This document shows, one piece after another, positions 32,611 through 46,402 of a stretch of 64,000 bases of DNA. Source of the stretch: Pristiophorus japonicus. Lineage: Eukaryota. The position numbers and the translations under genes are program-made. The DNA lies in NCBI RefSeq assembly GCF_044704955.1, contig NC_091994.1, forward strand, positions 87,110,001 through 87,174,000. The letters are read 5' to 3'. Numbering within the stretch: position 1 is the first letter of the stretch; the number at the start of each line of letters is the position of its first letter. The notes under the pieces are model-generated. The model had not been told where the DNA came from. It saw nothing but the letters and a program-made list of their open reading frames with translations, and searched no databases.

Positions 32611-35290
32611 ACAACAACAACTTTTATTTATATAGCGTCTTTAATGTAGTAAAATGTCTCAAAGCGCTTCACAGCAGTGTTACAAAACAGATAAATCTGA
32701 CACCGAGCCACACAAGAAATTACTGCAGATGACCAAAAGCTTGGTTAAAGAGGTAGGTTTTAAGGGGCATCGTAAAGGAGGAAAGAAAGGCTGAGAGGTT
32801 TAGGGAGGGAGTTCCGGAACTTAGGGCCCAAACAGCTGAAGACATGGCCACTGATGGTTGAGAAGTTATAATCGGGGATGCTCAAGAAGGCAGAATTTGA
32901 GGAGCACAGACATCTCATGGGGTTGTGAGGCTGAAATAGGTTACAGAGATAGGGAGGGGCAAAGCCATGGAGGGATTTGTAAACAAGGATGAGAATTTTG
33001 AAACTGAGGCGTTGTTTAACCGGGAGCCAATGTAGGTCAGCCAGCACAGGGGTGATCATGACTTGGTGCGAGTTAGGACATGGGCTGCTGAGTTTTGGAT
33101 GACCTCAAGTTTTGTAGTGTAGAATGTGGGATGCCAGCCAGGAGTGAGTTGGAGTAGTCAAGTCTAGAGGTAAAAGGCATGGATGAGGGTTTCAGTAGCA
33201 GAAGAGCTGAGGCAGGGGTGGAGGTGGGCAATGTTAGAGGAGGTAAACGGCAGTTTTAGTTATGCCATGGATGTGTGTTCGGAAACTCATTTCAGGGTCA
33301 TATGATGCCTAGCTTGCAAATAAACAGTCTGGTTCAGCCTCATAGATGCTGTGGAGAGGGATGGAGTCAGTGGTTATGGAACACAGTTTGTGGCGGGGAC
33401 TAAAGACAGTGGCTTCGGTCTTCCCAATATTTAATTGGAGAACATTTCTGCTCTTAGCTATACTCAAGCAGTCTGACAATTTAGAGACCAAGGAGGGGTG
33501 GAGAAGTAGAGTTGGGTGTCGTCAGCGTACATGTGGAAACTGACTGTTTTCAGATATCGCCAAGTATATAAGAGAAATAGGAGGGGGCCAAGGATAGATC
33601 CTTGGGTGACGCCAGAGGTAACGATGCGGGAGTGGGAAGAGAAGCCATTACAGATTTTCTGGCTACGATTAGATAGATATGAATGGAACCAGGCGAGTGC
33701 AGACCCAACTAGCTTGACTATGATGGAGAGGCGTTGGAGGAGGTTGGAGTGGTCAACTGTGTCAAAGGCTGCAGACAGGTCCAGGTGGATAAGGAGGGAT
33801 AGTTTACCTTTGTCACAGTCACAAAGGATGTCATTTGTGACTTTGATGAGACATGTTTCGGTACTGTGGCAGGGGCGAAAACCAGATTGAAGGGATTCAA
33901 ACATTGAATTCAGGGAAAGATGGTCATGGATTTGAGAGGTGACAACACGTTCAAGTACTTTGGACAGGGAAAGGGAGGTTGGAGATGTGGCGATAGCTAC
34001 CACAGTGAGGTCAAGGGTTGTTTTTTTTTGAGAGGGGTGATGACTGCAGATTTGAGTAGGAGTAAATGGGTACTTTTCAGAATGGCAGGCACTGACTAGT
34101 GGGGTACCGCAAGGTTCTGTGCTGGGGCCCCAGCTGTTTACAGTGTACATTAATGATTTAGACGAGGGGATTAAATGTAGTATCTCCAAATTTGTGGATG
34201 ACACTAAGTTGGGTGGCAGTGTGAGCTGCGAGGAGGATGCTATGAGGCTGCAGAGCGACTTGGATAGGTTAGGTGAGTGGGCAAATGCATGGCAGATGAA
34301 GTATAATGTGGATAAATGTGAGGTTATCCACTTTGGTGGTAAAAACAGAGAGACAGACTATTATCTGAATGGTGACAGATTAGGAAAAGGGAAGGTGCAA
34401 CGAAACCTGGGTGTCATGGTACATCAGTCATTGAAGGTTGGCATGTAGGTACAGCAGGCGGTTGAGAAAGCAAATGGCATGTTGGCCTTCATAGCGAGGG
34501 GATTTGAGTACAGGGGCAGGGAGGTGTTACTACAGTTGTACAGGGCCTTGGCGAGGCCACACCTGGAGTATTGTGTACAGTTTTGGTCTCCTAACTTGAG
34601 GAAGGACATTCTTGCTATTGAGAGAGTGCAGCGAAGGTTCACCAGACTGATTCCCGGGATGGCGGGACAGACATATCAAGAAAGATTGGATCAACTGGGC
34701 TTGTATTCACTGGAGTTCAGAAGAATGAGAGGATCTCATAGAAACGTTTAAAATTCTGACGGGTTTAGACAGGTTAGATGCAGGAAGAATGTTCCCAATG
34801 TTGGGGAAGTCCAGAACCAGGGGTCACAGTCTAAGGATAAGGGGTAAGCCATTTAGGACCGAGATGAGGAGAAACTTCTTCACCCAGAGAGTGGTGAACC
34901 TGTGGAATTCTCTACCACAGAAAGTTGTTGAGGCTAATTCACTAAATATATTCAAAAAGGAGTTAGATGTAGTCCTTACTACTAGGGGGATCAAGGGGTA
35001 TGGCGAGAAAGTAGGAATGGGGTACTGAAGTTGCATGTTCAGCCATGATCTTATTGAATGGCAGTGCAGGCTCGAATGGCCTACTGCATCTATTTTCTAT
35101 GAAGGAGGGCAACAGTACCCGAGAGAGAACTGTTAACAATGTCGGCTAACATGGGAGCCAAAAAAGGAAGTTAGGTGATCAGCAGTTTAGTGGGAATAGA
35201 GTCAAGGGAGCAGGAAGTGGTTCCCATGGACAAGATGAGCTTGGAGAGCTCAGAGAAACTGGAGAATAATGAGAGCTTAGGGCAGGTGGG
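32611..35290 (-). mobile_element. L2 LINE (RT region to tail), split by a CR1
   Basis: QSGFRPCHSTET, LDLSAAFDTVDH, GVTQGSILGP and YADDTQLY motifs; (CAA)n tail near 32612; continues after 35101. Confidence 0.9.
34054..35101 (+). mobile_element. CR1 (HER1-like) 3' fragment, same subfamily as 1-4342
   Basis: Near-identical to about 3273-4335. Confidence 0.95.
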
Positions 35291-37641
35291 AGCCTGCTAG
35301 TAATCATGAACTCCACATTTAAATTATAATACCTGTATGAAAAAGCTGCATGTAAAGAGTGTTTTAATAATGCTTTCAAGAAAGTGAGATGGGCGTGCCC
35401 GTTTCTCACTGCAGAGTCTGTCTATCCTTGGTGTGAAATTTTTCCCAGGCGAGGGAGGAAAAGTGTTCCTAATTCTGCAACTTAAACTCTACCACATTTC
35501 CTCAAAATGTTGGTATAGGAATGCAAAGGATATTCTGTACCAACTGTTATTTAGATTGTGCATAATTATGGAAACACTACTTTGTGTCATAGCAGTCTGT
35601 GATCTGTTTTAAAGAGGGTTCTTCTTGTGGATTAGCTGAATTGGTCTGTTTTCCTTGTAAAATAACAGCATTTTATCTAAGGAAAAGACTTGTGAACTGA
35701 TAGATCTAAGGGGTATAGCTAAAAGTTTAAAGGGATAGCCTCTAAACTGGAACTTGAAGCTATACATTCTACTTTTTATAGCCTGGACAACTAGGAAAGT
35801 TATTTTGTTGGTAAACACCAATTTGGGAATTGATTCTAAATGGGTTTATAAACTTTAAGGTGTCACCCCTCCGAGGCCAGATAGCTGCCGCACTCCACTC
35901 CCGCTGCTCTTTCACATTTTGCAGACCCCCTGGAAAGTCTCTACAGACCTCCAGGGGTCCACGGACTACAATTTGAGAACCAGAGGTCTAGATCAGTATT
36001 GACCAATGGTTGAACTTGTGATTTTCCTCCTAGTCATTATAGCCCAGTGCACCAACAGGACAATATATTAAAAGTTTACTGCTGGAGGAATACTAATATC
36101 ACTTCATGTGAAATGTACAAGCTTAGGTGAAACCAACAAATGCAGGAGAACAATATTAACTGATTAGCAATGGTGTATAGGGCCTAGAATTTAAGATTTT
36201 TAGCAAAGGGATCAATTTGTTGTTAGGGTTCAGTGGGAATTTGTTGACAGTCGAGAACTACACATTGCCTAAGTGAAAGATTATTCTCAAATGTAAACTG
36301 CTTACTGTTCAAAATGTTGGTTTTGTTATATAGAATGGTGCTGTAAACATGGTAAATGTCATTTCTGTACTTAATGCAAGTCCATGTAATTAAATATGAG
36401 TTAACACAAACTATAATCTTTAACTTAAGGACTCACATTCAGACCTACCCTACATTTGCAGGAATTAGTGTTGTTTAAGCCTTCATGATAGCTTAGTTGG
36501 TAGTGAGTGACCTTTCTAAATAAATCCATAAGGAGACACTGGGTTGCCCCAATGTCAAACAAATAAAGTGCCACTTTTTAGAGGAACACAATGAACTAAA
36601 CTGTAAATAAAGAAAATTAAAAAATGACCAGTGTGCACAATACACTCCAGCCTCAGAAGGGCTGAGTCATACCTGATAGACACCGTGTGCTCCATCTCCA
36701 TGCTCCTGACCAGTATTGAGAAGTTTATCTCAGCCAGGATGCCAGATGGGATACTACAATACAGGCCTAAGAGGGTTAAAACTGTTTAGGATGACTGCTC
36801 CTTATCGCAATCTAACGACTCCTACTGGAAAGTGTGTTGATTAAAAGGTGAGGACAAGTCTCCAACTTGTTGATTTCAAGATAGTGGATTAACTGATATA
36901 AAGTTCATGAGCTTCACTTTTTCAAAGATTAGGGTATCATTTGAACCACTATTACTGTGTTCTAATCATAATTATGTAATTAAATGAACTTTTTCTGTTC
37001 TTTATAATGAGGGCAGAGTGTTAGGACATGGAGCATTTTTAGTTTGCACTGGTGACTCCACAAAGTCACTTGCAGCACAGCAATTCAGGCAGCAGAAAAG
37101 CTGCACAGTAACATAAGCTCGCAACAAACAGCAGTTATTAATTTTAAAAATGGTAAACAGTGACATCTTTCTCCTGCAAGAGGGTGTACAATTTGCTTGG
37201 GAATGCCTAATTCTGTGGCACAGTTCATTTCTGCACCAATGATGCACACCTGCAGCATTCAGAATTAAGAAGAAAATAATCAGTCAGCTCACCAGCAGTA
37301 ACAAAGCAGAGAAATATGCAAGGCCTGATAATTACCTTGCATTATTGCGCACACACACATACTAAACTTGGACCTCTATTTTGGTGGAGGTGTTAACCAG
37401 TAAAACAGCAGACTGAAGAATGATAACACTCTTATGTATTCATACTATCACAAATTACTTTATAGGCTGTAGTTCCTAATGTAGTGAGCATTATGTATGG
37501 GGTTAAAGGTGATTGTACACCTCCATCCTTAACTTGTGTAAATATAATTTAATAGCTGTAATTACATTGTCCTTGAGTCCGCTAATCAGTACTTCTGCTT
37601 TACTGACAGGTTATAAACAAACAGTAAAAATGTACAAATTC

Positions 37642-37647
37642 TTTATT
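37642..37647 (-). terminator. UTP3 polyadenylation signal
   Basis: TTTATT (AATAAA on minus) 85 nt past the UTP3 stop codon. Confidence 0.7.
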
Positions 37648-37732
37648 AAATGCTTATAAATACATTACAAAGAGGCAGAGTGAGTACTCCCCTGATTTTC
37701 AAGATGCAGATGTTTGATAGCTGGCAGCAAGA

Positions 37733-37822
37733 TCATCGAAGCTTGGTGCTCTTCTTAACTCCGGCACGGATACCAGACAGCTCACCGCCATATCGGTGTT
37801 CCTCCCTACGGACTTCGCGTAC
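37733..37822 (-). CDS. UTP3: UTP3/SAS10 coding exon 16 (stop)
   Basis: VREVRREEHRYGGELSGIRAGVKKSTKLR*, end of the Sas10 C-terminal domain. Confidence 0.96.
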   Translation of the reverse strand, partial: VREVRREEHRYGGELSGIRAGVKKSTKLR

Positions 37823-37985
37823 CTGGAAAATTAAAACCCCTCATTGACTGATGCAAACTGTGGCATTGGGATCAAAGGAGAGACATCAACACCAAAGAAA
37901 CTTGTGCTGTTAAATTTGGGGGGGGCAATCTGAAAGAGCAGCCCATTGAGGTAACTAGATTAGAGGTATGATACACTAGGACATA

Positions 37986-38274
37986 CAGGTTGGACATCTC
38001 TGGTCTGGCACCCTTGGGACCCGACCGGTGCTGGAACAGAGAATTTTCCAAACCACAGCAGGTCACGCTTACCGGTACCTGTCGACAGCATGCGGGCAGC
38101 TCCCTCAGCACTCGCACACACTGACAGCTGCTCCAGCCAATCGCCGATCGCACTCCCTGACTGACAGCCGCTCCAGCCAATCGAAACTTTAAAAAAATAA
38201 ATAAACCCTCCTCTTCCCTCAGGCCCAGCTAATGCCGAACCACAGATGTTTCTGGGCCAGAGAGTCCCAACCAG
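37986..38274. mobile_element. Tc1/mariner-type MITE
   Basis: TA on both flanks; imperfect TIRs CAGGTTGGACATCTCTGGTC and GGCCAGAGAGTCCCAACCAG. Confidence 0.65.
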
Positions 38275-39582
38275 TAGTTACGAGTCAATTCCAAGAAATG
38301 TGGATTCAGTATAAATATCCACGTGTCAGTCAGTGCAGGATCACCAGCGGGTGTTTCGTTTATCTTGGCTGCCAAGAGTCTCCTACATGAATATTGGTCC
38401 ATAATTCATTAAAATAACAGCAAGGCTAATGGCGTCACCGCTATTTATGGGTAAATGGGCAATGTCAGACGAGGAGCAGATGCGCGGTAAAATGTAAATA
38501 TCCAAAAGTTGCCACACCAAAATGGCATCTCGCCCTTAGCTGCCCAATTTTCTGGGGAACTTTCTATATTTGCTCATTCATCTCACCACAGAAAGTTAAG
38601 TTTTGTCATAACAAGCACAAGTACCCTGTTAATGACAGTTAATCAACCTCTCTGGCACCAAAAATTAACTATTACAAGTATGCAGTCTCATTCCTTCAGA
38701 TTTTGAATTTTTCAGAGGCGATTTTAAAAATGTTATTTAAAAAAAGTTTCTTACTTTTCCTTGCTGTCTCTTCTCTCTCTCTCAATCCAATCTTTCTTTC
38801 CCTCTGTCCAATTTGACACCGAATTCACTTTTAATTCATTCTCCAATCCTTAAATCTCATTGGTTAAGGAGATACCCTGTTCAATCAGGACCCAGATGTC
38901 CAGTTTCCTTCGCTGTGTAGTTATTAGCTTGCACTTTCCACAACTTTGTGGGCAATTTTTTTTGAGCTGAAGGGTGTAGGGGCAAGTCCAACTCACAGCA
39001 GTTGCCCTTCTACAGCAAACTTTAGACCATCGTGTTCCATCAAGCTCGGGGCTCCTGTTTCATGCACTTTGCTGAATGATCTCATAACTCCTTTCTCCCC
39101 CCCCCCACCCCCAGCTTTGGACTATTACTAAATTTTTTAAGTTTGTCTGTACACCTTCAACAAGGTCTGCTTTGAGCCTTAAGTATAATTATTTCTAATT
39201 TCTGGAGCCTCTTCTCAATCCCAGTTATCAATTTAGTTGCTCCTTGGCTGTACCATCTCCAAAACTAGTATCTCTACTGCAGCACAGAAGAAGAATTGTA
39301 CATAGTACTTCGATTCAACAAAGCACCATTGAACATTAACCTTTATGGTACCATTCTGGAAACAGTATATTATTCACAGGAAATTTCTACAAAGGCCATT
39401 CATTGTCAGGGGAGCCATTTCTAATTTTATTCACTTAAGAATGTGTGGCGTCTCTTCTGCTGGTAACTAGCACTAGAGATACTCCCACAGCCAGACTTAA
39501 ATATTTAAGAGATGTTAACGGCTCTTAATTAAAAAAAATCATTCTCAACAACTCAAACCGCCAAAAGGGGTCCTTCACTTAC

Positions 39583-39690
39583 TTGGCCCTTCCGTCGGAT
39601 TTTAGCTCGTCTGAATTTCTCTCGGTGCTTGACTCGAGGATTACGATCAATCTTCTTCCTCCTGGGTGTAAGACCTTTATTCTTGGCGAT
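39583..39690 (-). CDS. UTP3: UTP3 coding exon 15
   Basis: IAKNKGLTPRRKKIDRNPRVKHREKFRRAKIRRKGQ; 108 nt, AG/GT boundaries. Confidence 0.97.
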
Positions 39691-40400
39691 CTGTGAGCAC
39701 CCAGAGAAGATTTTGACAGACAGGGTTACAATAACAGATCTTTGCAATCAAATATTCTGTAAACTGAAAAGGCTCTCAAACAGTTGAACACAATTCAGGC
39801 AGCAACATGCATCAAGATGATCACCAGCCCCAATTCAGCGGGCATGTTGCTGAACTAAAGAATAAGATGTGTTTCAGAGTTTATCTTCTGCACAACAGCA
39901 CGAGAGATGAAACATTAATGTGATTACCACATTTACATTATCCAGTACCATGAAGAGTCAATTTTCCGTAACAAAGTCTCGATTAGATTGCTTGCACACT
40001 TATTATTCTGATCATGGTGACCTGGGAATCTCTTCATGGGATGCTTCCATCCAACCAGGCAGTTGGAAAACAAGGGGCTTCAATCCCACAAGGAACAAAG
40101 AGGAAATACAGATTAACCCCTAAAGTGCCATTTGCTCACTTCCCGGTAGAACATTATACAGCATCACAAAGAGCTGGGTATCGACTGCCCATCTGCCCTT
40201 TTGATAAGTGGAGATTTAGTATTTTAATTTGAGCGATCAATCCTCATCAATATAAAATTCAAGGAGACAGGAAAAGTAGTCTTAAGATTTAAGCTTTATG
40301 AAGTATCACAGCTTCAGGTGGGTCCAGTAAAAGGTTAAAACACAGACCTAAAGCAGACAAATAGCAAACTATGACATGATGCGAGAAACGAGATAGAAAC

Positions 40401-40467
40401 CTGGTATGTGATCTTTCTCTTTCCATCGGGACCAAACACTTCCTTTACCACAGCCCCATCCTCATCA
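40401..40467 (-). CDS. UTP3: UTP3 coding exon 14
   Basis: DEDGAVVKEVFGPDGKRKITYQ; phase 2 to 0. Confidence 0.92.
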
Positions 40468-40948
40468 CTGAAATACAAAACCCAATGTTACTGCATTTGA
40501 ATATACCAACATTTCACATACAATAGTAATTAATGTGTGAGATGGGGGGGGGGGGGGGGGGGGTCAAATCACGATTGGAAGAAACTTGCAAAACTGCATC
40601 ATTTCTCAAATGAATTAAACCCCCCCCCCCGCCAACCCCCAAAAAAGTGTTGCTTTTGGAGTTCCCAGTAGCTTTCCCAAGTGGCCGTTCTTCATGTCAG
40701 AGTCCAGGCAGTGAATCTCAGCAGATTATTTTAATCAGAGGGATGTAGAAAGAGCCCAATCCAGCCCTTCATCCCATGTTCAAAAATATCCAGCAGGGTT
40801 CACTGCAAAGTGGCAAGGAGCAGGAACATTGATGAGCTAGAAACTTGCATTTAAAAATGAAAACTAAACCCGGTTATGACAAATTCACTCCCAATTTATA
40901 GCTTTTTCATTCTGGTTACCCAACCCTTTCTCTGATGCAGTGTGGCTG

Positions 40949-43900
40949 ATAGAAACATAGAAAATAGGTGCAGGAGCAGGCCATTCGGCCCTTCTAGCCT
41001 GCACCGCCATTCAATGAGTTCATGGCTGAACATGCAACTTCAGTACCCCATTCCTGCTTTCTCGCCATACCCCTTGATCCCCCTAGTAGTAAGGACTACA
41101 TCTAACTCCTTTTTGAATATATTTAGTGAATTGGCCTCAACAACTTTGTGGTAGAGAATTCCACAGGTTCACCACTCTCTGGGTGAAGATGTTTCTCCTC
41201 ATCTCAGTCCTAAATGGCTTACCCCTTATCCTTAGACTGTGACCCCTGGTTCTGGACTTCCCCAATATTGGGAACATTCTTCCTGCATCTAACCTGTCTA
41301 AACCCATCAGAATTTTAAACGTTTCTATGAGGTCCCCTCTCATTCTTCTGAACTCCAGTGAATACAAGCCCAGTTGATCCAGTCTTTCTTGATAGGTCAG
41401 TCCCACCATCCCGGGAATCAGTCTGGTGAACCTTCGCTGCACTCCCTCAATAGCAAGAATGTCCTTCCTCAAGTTAGGAGACCAAAACTGTACACAATAC
41501 TCCAGGTGTGGCCTCACCAAGGCCCTGTACAACTGTAGCAACACCTCCCTGCCCCTGTACTCAAATCCCCTCGCTATGAAGGCCAACATGCCATTTGCTT
41601 TCTTAACCGCCTGCTGTACCTGCATGCCAACCTTCAATGACTGATGTACCATGACACCCAGGTCTCGTTGCACCTCCCCTTTTCCTAATCTGTCACCATT
41701 CAGATAATAGTCTGTCTCTCTGTTTTTACCACCAAAGTGAATAACCTCACATTTATCCACATTATACTTCATCTGCCATGCATTTGCCCACTCCCCTAAC
41801 CTATCCAAGTCGCTCTGCAGCCTCATAGCATCCTCCTCACAGCTCACACTGCCACCCAACTTAGTGTCATCCGCAAATTTGGAGATACTACATTTAATCC
41901 CCCCGTCCAAATCATTAATGTACAATGTAAACAGCTGGGGCCCCAGCACAGAACCTTGCGGTACCCCACTAGTCACCACCTGCCATTCTGAAAAGTATCC
42001 ATTTACTCCTACTCTTTGCTTCCTGTCTGACAACCAGTTCTCAATCCATGTCAGCACACTACCCGAAATCCCATGTGCTTTAACTTTGCACATTAATCTC
42101 GTGTGGGACCTTGTCGAAAGCCTTCTGAAAGTCCAAATATACCACATCAACTGGTTCTCCCTTGTCCACTCTACTGGAAACATCCTTAAAAAATTCCAGA
42201 AGATTTTTCAAGAATGATTTCCCTTTCACAAATCCATGCTGACTTGGACCTATCATGTCACCTCTTTCCAAATGCGCTGCTATGACATCCTTAATAATTG
42301 ATTCCATCATTTTACCCACTACTGAGGTCAGGCTGACCGGTCTATAATTCCCTGTTTTCTCTCTCCCTCCTTTTTAAAAAAGTGGGGTTACATTGGCTAC
42401 CCTCCACTCGATAGGAACTGATCCAGAGTCAATGGAATGTTGGAAAATGATTGTCAATGCATCCGCTATTACCAAGGCCACCTCCTTAAGTACTCTGGGA
42501 TGCAGTCCATCAGGCCCTGGGGATTTATCGGCCTTCAATCCCATCAATTTCCCCAACACAATTTCCCGACTAATAAGGATTTCCCTCAGTTCCTCCCCCT
42601 TACTAGACCCTCTGACCCCTTTTATATCCGGAAGGTTGTTAGTGTCCTTAGTGAATACCGAACCAAAGTACTTGTTCAATTGGTCCGCCATTTCTTTATT
42701 CCCCGTTACGACTTCCCCTGATTCTGACTGCAGGGGACCGACGTTTGTCTTTACTAACCTTTTTCTCTTTACATATCTATCGAAACTTTTGCAATCCGTC
42801 TTAATGTTCCCTACAAGCTTCTTCTCGTACTCCATTTTCCCTGCCCTAATCAAATCCTTTGTCCTCCTCTGCTGAGTTCTAAATTTCTCCCAGTCTCCGG
42901 GTTCGCTGCTATTTCTGGCCAATTTGTATGCCACTTCCTTGGCTTTAATACTATCCCTGATTTCCCTAGATAGCCACGGTTGAGCCACCTTCCCTTTTTT
43001 ATTTTTACGCCAGACAGGAATGTACAATTGTTGTACTTCATCCATGCGGTCTCTAAATGTCTGCCATTGCCCATCCACAGTTAACCCCTTAAGTATCATT
43101 CGCCAATCTATCCGAGCCAATTCACGCCTCATACCTTCAAAGTTACCCTTCTTTAAGTTCTGGACCATGGTCTCTGAATTAACTGTTTCATTCTCCATCC
43201 TAATGCAGAATTCCACCATATTATGGTCACTCTTCCCCAAGGGGCCTCGCACAACGAGATTGCTAATTAATCCTCTCTCATTACACAATACCCAGTCTAA
43301 GATGGCCTCCCCCCTAGTTGGTTCCTCGACATATTGGTCTAGAAAACCATCCCTTATGCACTCCAGGAAATCCTCCTCCACCGTATTGTTTCCAGTTTGG
43401 TTAGCCCAATCTATGTACATATTAAAGTCACCCATTATAACTGCTGCACCCTTATTGCATGAACCCCTAATTTCCTGTTTGATGCCCTCCCCAACATCAC
43501 TACTACTGTTTGGAGGTCTGTACACAACTCCCACTAACGTTTTTTTGCTCTTTGGTGTTCTGCAGCTCTACCCATATAGATTCCACATCATGCAAGCTAA
43601 TGTCCTTCCTAACTATTGCATTAATCTCCTCTTTAACCAGCAATGCTACCCCACCTCCTTTTCCTTTTATTCTATCCTTCCTGAATGTTGAATACCCCTG
43701 GATGTTGAGTTCCCAGCCCTGCTCATCCTGGAGCCACGTCTCCGTAATCCCAATCACATCATATTTGTTAACATCTATTTGCACAGTTAATTCATCCACC
43801 TTATTACAGATACTCCTTGCATTAAGACACAAAGCCTTCAGGCTTGTTTTTTTAACACCCTTTGTCCTTTTAGAATTTTGATGTACAGTGGCCCTTTTTG

Positions 43901-44006
43901 TTCTTTGCCTTGGGGTTCTCTGCCCTCCACTTTTCCTCATCTCCTTTCTCTCTTTTGCTTTTGTCTCCTTTTTGTTTCCCTCTGTCTCCCTGTATTGGTT
44001 CCCATT
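40949..44006 (-). mobile_element. CR1 (HER1-like) LINE, 5'-truncated, in a UTP3 intron
   Basis: Reverse complement of about 1270-4340; ORF2 broken by several 1-3 nt indels; sense orientation relative to UTP3. Confidence 0.96.
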
Positions 44007-44129
44007 GATTGTGTGTGCTGACTGCCTGAGGGATGCTAAATTCAGTTGCTGTGTCCCTATTGTAGCCTCACCCAAGAATCAAACCGGAGAATTATTTAAG
44101 AATTACAACTCGGAAACAGTCCGTTTGGC

Positions 44130-45290
44130 TCAACCAGTTCATTTTGGTTTTTATCCTCCATCCTACCAGTACTAATGCCATGTGCCTACCCAGTTCTCAT
44201 CTCTCTTTAAATCACCTTTTCTTCAACTATCTATCTAACCTATTAAATGTTGACATGGTCTACTTCAATCACAAACTCCAATTGTGCATTCCACAATCTC
44301 ACAAAATGTTTCCCCTGTTCTCAGTCCTAAATCTCTTGCATTTAATCTTACATTGATGTCCGCTGGTTCTGGATTGTTCAATCATTGGAACCAGTATGTT
44401 TCTATCTACTCTGTCTCACCCCTTTATAATTTTAAACACCTATCAAATCACTGCTCGACTTCCTCGGTCCTTACAAAAACAGCCCCAATTTTTTTCAAGT
44501 CTTTTCATATTTATATTTCTTCATACCAGGCAGCATCCTAGCGAATCTGCGCTGTACCCTCTCTATTGCCTCAACATGCTTCCTATAGTGCAGAGCCCAA
44601 AATTACACTCAATAATCCAACTGATTTACTAAAGCTTTATGTAAATGTACCATTACATTACAAATTTAATATTTGATACCTCTTGCCATAAACCCAACAT
44701 TCCATTTGCTTTCTTTATGGCCTTATCCACCCGAGGATAAATGTCTTGTGAACCTGAACCTCTAAGTCACTCTGCTCATCCACGTCATCCAGCTTTCCCC
44801 CATTCATAGTATATATTTTTTTTTAAACCAAGATTTACATGTACTGACATTGAATTCCATCTCACTTTTTTTTTTTTTAAACCATTCCCTCATCTTCTCA
44901 AGATTCCTTTGCAGCTTCATTTGGTCCTCAGAATTATTTACTATGCCTCCCATTTTAGTATTGTCTGCAAATTTGGATACCAGTCCCTCTAGCCCTATAT
45001 CCAAATCACTAATTACAGTGAACAGAAGCCGTCCCAGAATAGAACGGCGTGAAGCACCGCTACCTACTTCCAATCACCTTGAGAAACTGCCCTTAGTTCC
45101 TTCTCTCAGGTTTCCTCTCTTCCAAATCAGTTTTTAATTTAAGTTGTTACCTTCCCCCAATTCCATATGCTTTACTCTTCTCCAATAGGGTCCTGTGTGG
45201 TACCTTGACAAAATCCTTCTGAAATGTTAATATGCACATGTACTGCATTTCTGCCTCCACCGCATCAGTCATTTCTTCCCGAGTCAGCGC
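44130..45290 (-). mobile_element. Old CR1 fragment
   Basis: LVSKFADNTKMGGIVN..LQRNL on the minus strand. Confidence 0.75.
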
Positions 45291-45488
45291 CTGTTTTTTT
45301 TGGGTGCTTATGATTTAATACTGTATGCATGGTGCCTTACCCCAGTAAATAACTGAGGAAGCTCACTCTCGTGTGGTGTGTAGTGCATACCCTGACAGCC
45401 ACGCTCCTGTTTAGAGGATACCTCAATCCAGGACATGTTTTAAAACACATGAATATGAATGTATACTCTATGTATAAACAATCAGTAC

Positions 45489-45610
45489 CCATCCTGTTGC
45501 ATTCTCTTTCGCTTCTGGGTCAGCTTCTTCTCCATTTCCTTATAATATTGGAATGCTGCTTCTTCATCAGCATCAGACTCGGAGTCTGCAGGGATTTTCC
45601 GATCAGTGAC
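45489..45610 (-). CDS. UTP3: UTP3 coding exon 13
   Basis: VTDRKIPADSESDADEEAAFQYYKEMEKKLTQKRKRMQQD(G); phase 0 to 2. Confidence 0.92.
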
Positions 45611-46222
45611 CTGCATCAAATCATTAATCCCGTAAACTCAAGAATGTGTGGAAAGGCAGAAAAACATAACTCAGTGAGCCAAACATGTCTATTCAAAGCA
45701 ATGTTTAGAGAAAAAGATCCCTGTGTTAACATTTCACACTCCCAAACATTGAGAAAATCTATTTAAAGGGGAACTGCTTCCAATTTTGTTTTATTTTTGT
45801 AACTAGTCTCTCTCTCTGACACGCTGCAGTTTTTATAACTGCTTTCTGCCTCACTGTCTGATACGATTATGGCTGGTGTGTGTACGTTGTACACTTTTAG
45901 GTAACTTACTCCTTGAGTGAAATTAACACAAGCTGGGAAAGCTTTTGAATTAAAGTTTCCAATTATTAAATCCAACATACTATAATCAGTAGGACTGCAA
46001 GGGACAGATTCATTCTGTCAGAACTCACTGAAACTGGAGTCTCAGCTTCAATATTAAACTTACATGAAAATACAGTGATCGCAATCCTAGGCACAGCTCC
46101 ATCTATGTCACCCTCAAGAGATGGGTCCAAACTTTGTATACTGTACACAACTAACGGTAACAGTTCACCCCCAAATCTGGATTCTGTCTCTGCTAATCTC
46201 CGAAAGCCTCCTCCATTCTTAC

Positions 46223-46402
46223 CTTTCCTTCTGCTCTTTGTTCAGCTTTTAGTTGTTTGTTCAGTCGAGTCGGCGCTTTCTTCACCTTGGAGACGGGTTG
46301 ATCTTTTTCTGTAACTGATCCATGCTCTTGACCAGCCTGGCTCAATAGCTGCTGGATTTCAGATGACAGCCTCTCATCCACTCCAACCAAGTCATTGATC
46401 AG
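46223..46402 (-). CDS. UTP3: UTP3 coding exon 12
   Basis: LINDLVGVDERLSSEIQQLL...EQRAEGK; 180 nt. Confidence 0.93.

Larger units (their letters stand above)
32559..35985. mobile_element. Old hAT (Charlie-type) element hosting nested L2 and CR1
   Basis: Ends CAGTGGTTCAAA and TTTGAGAACCAGAG; flanks GCCCAGAT and GTCTAGAT (6/8 match, NTCTAGAN-like). Confidence 0.65.

Noticed and set aside
40544-40630. Poly-G and poly-C runs as a regulatory structure
   Set aside because: Simple homopolymers, common in this genome type, with no further support.
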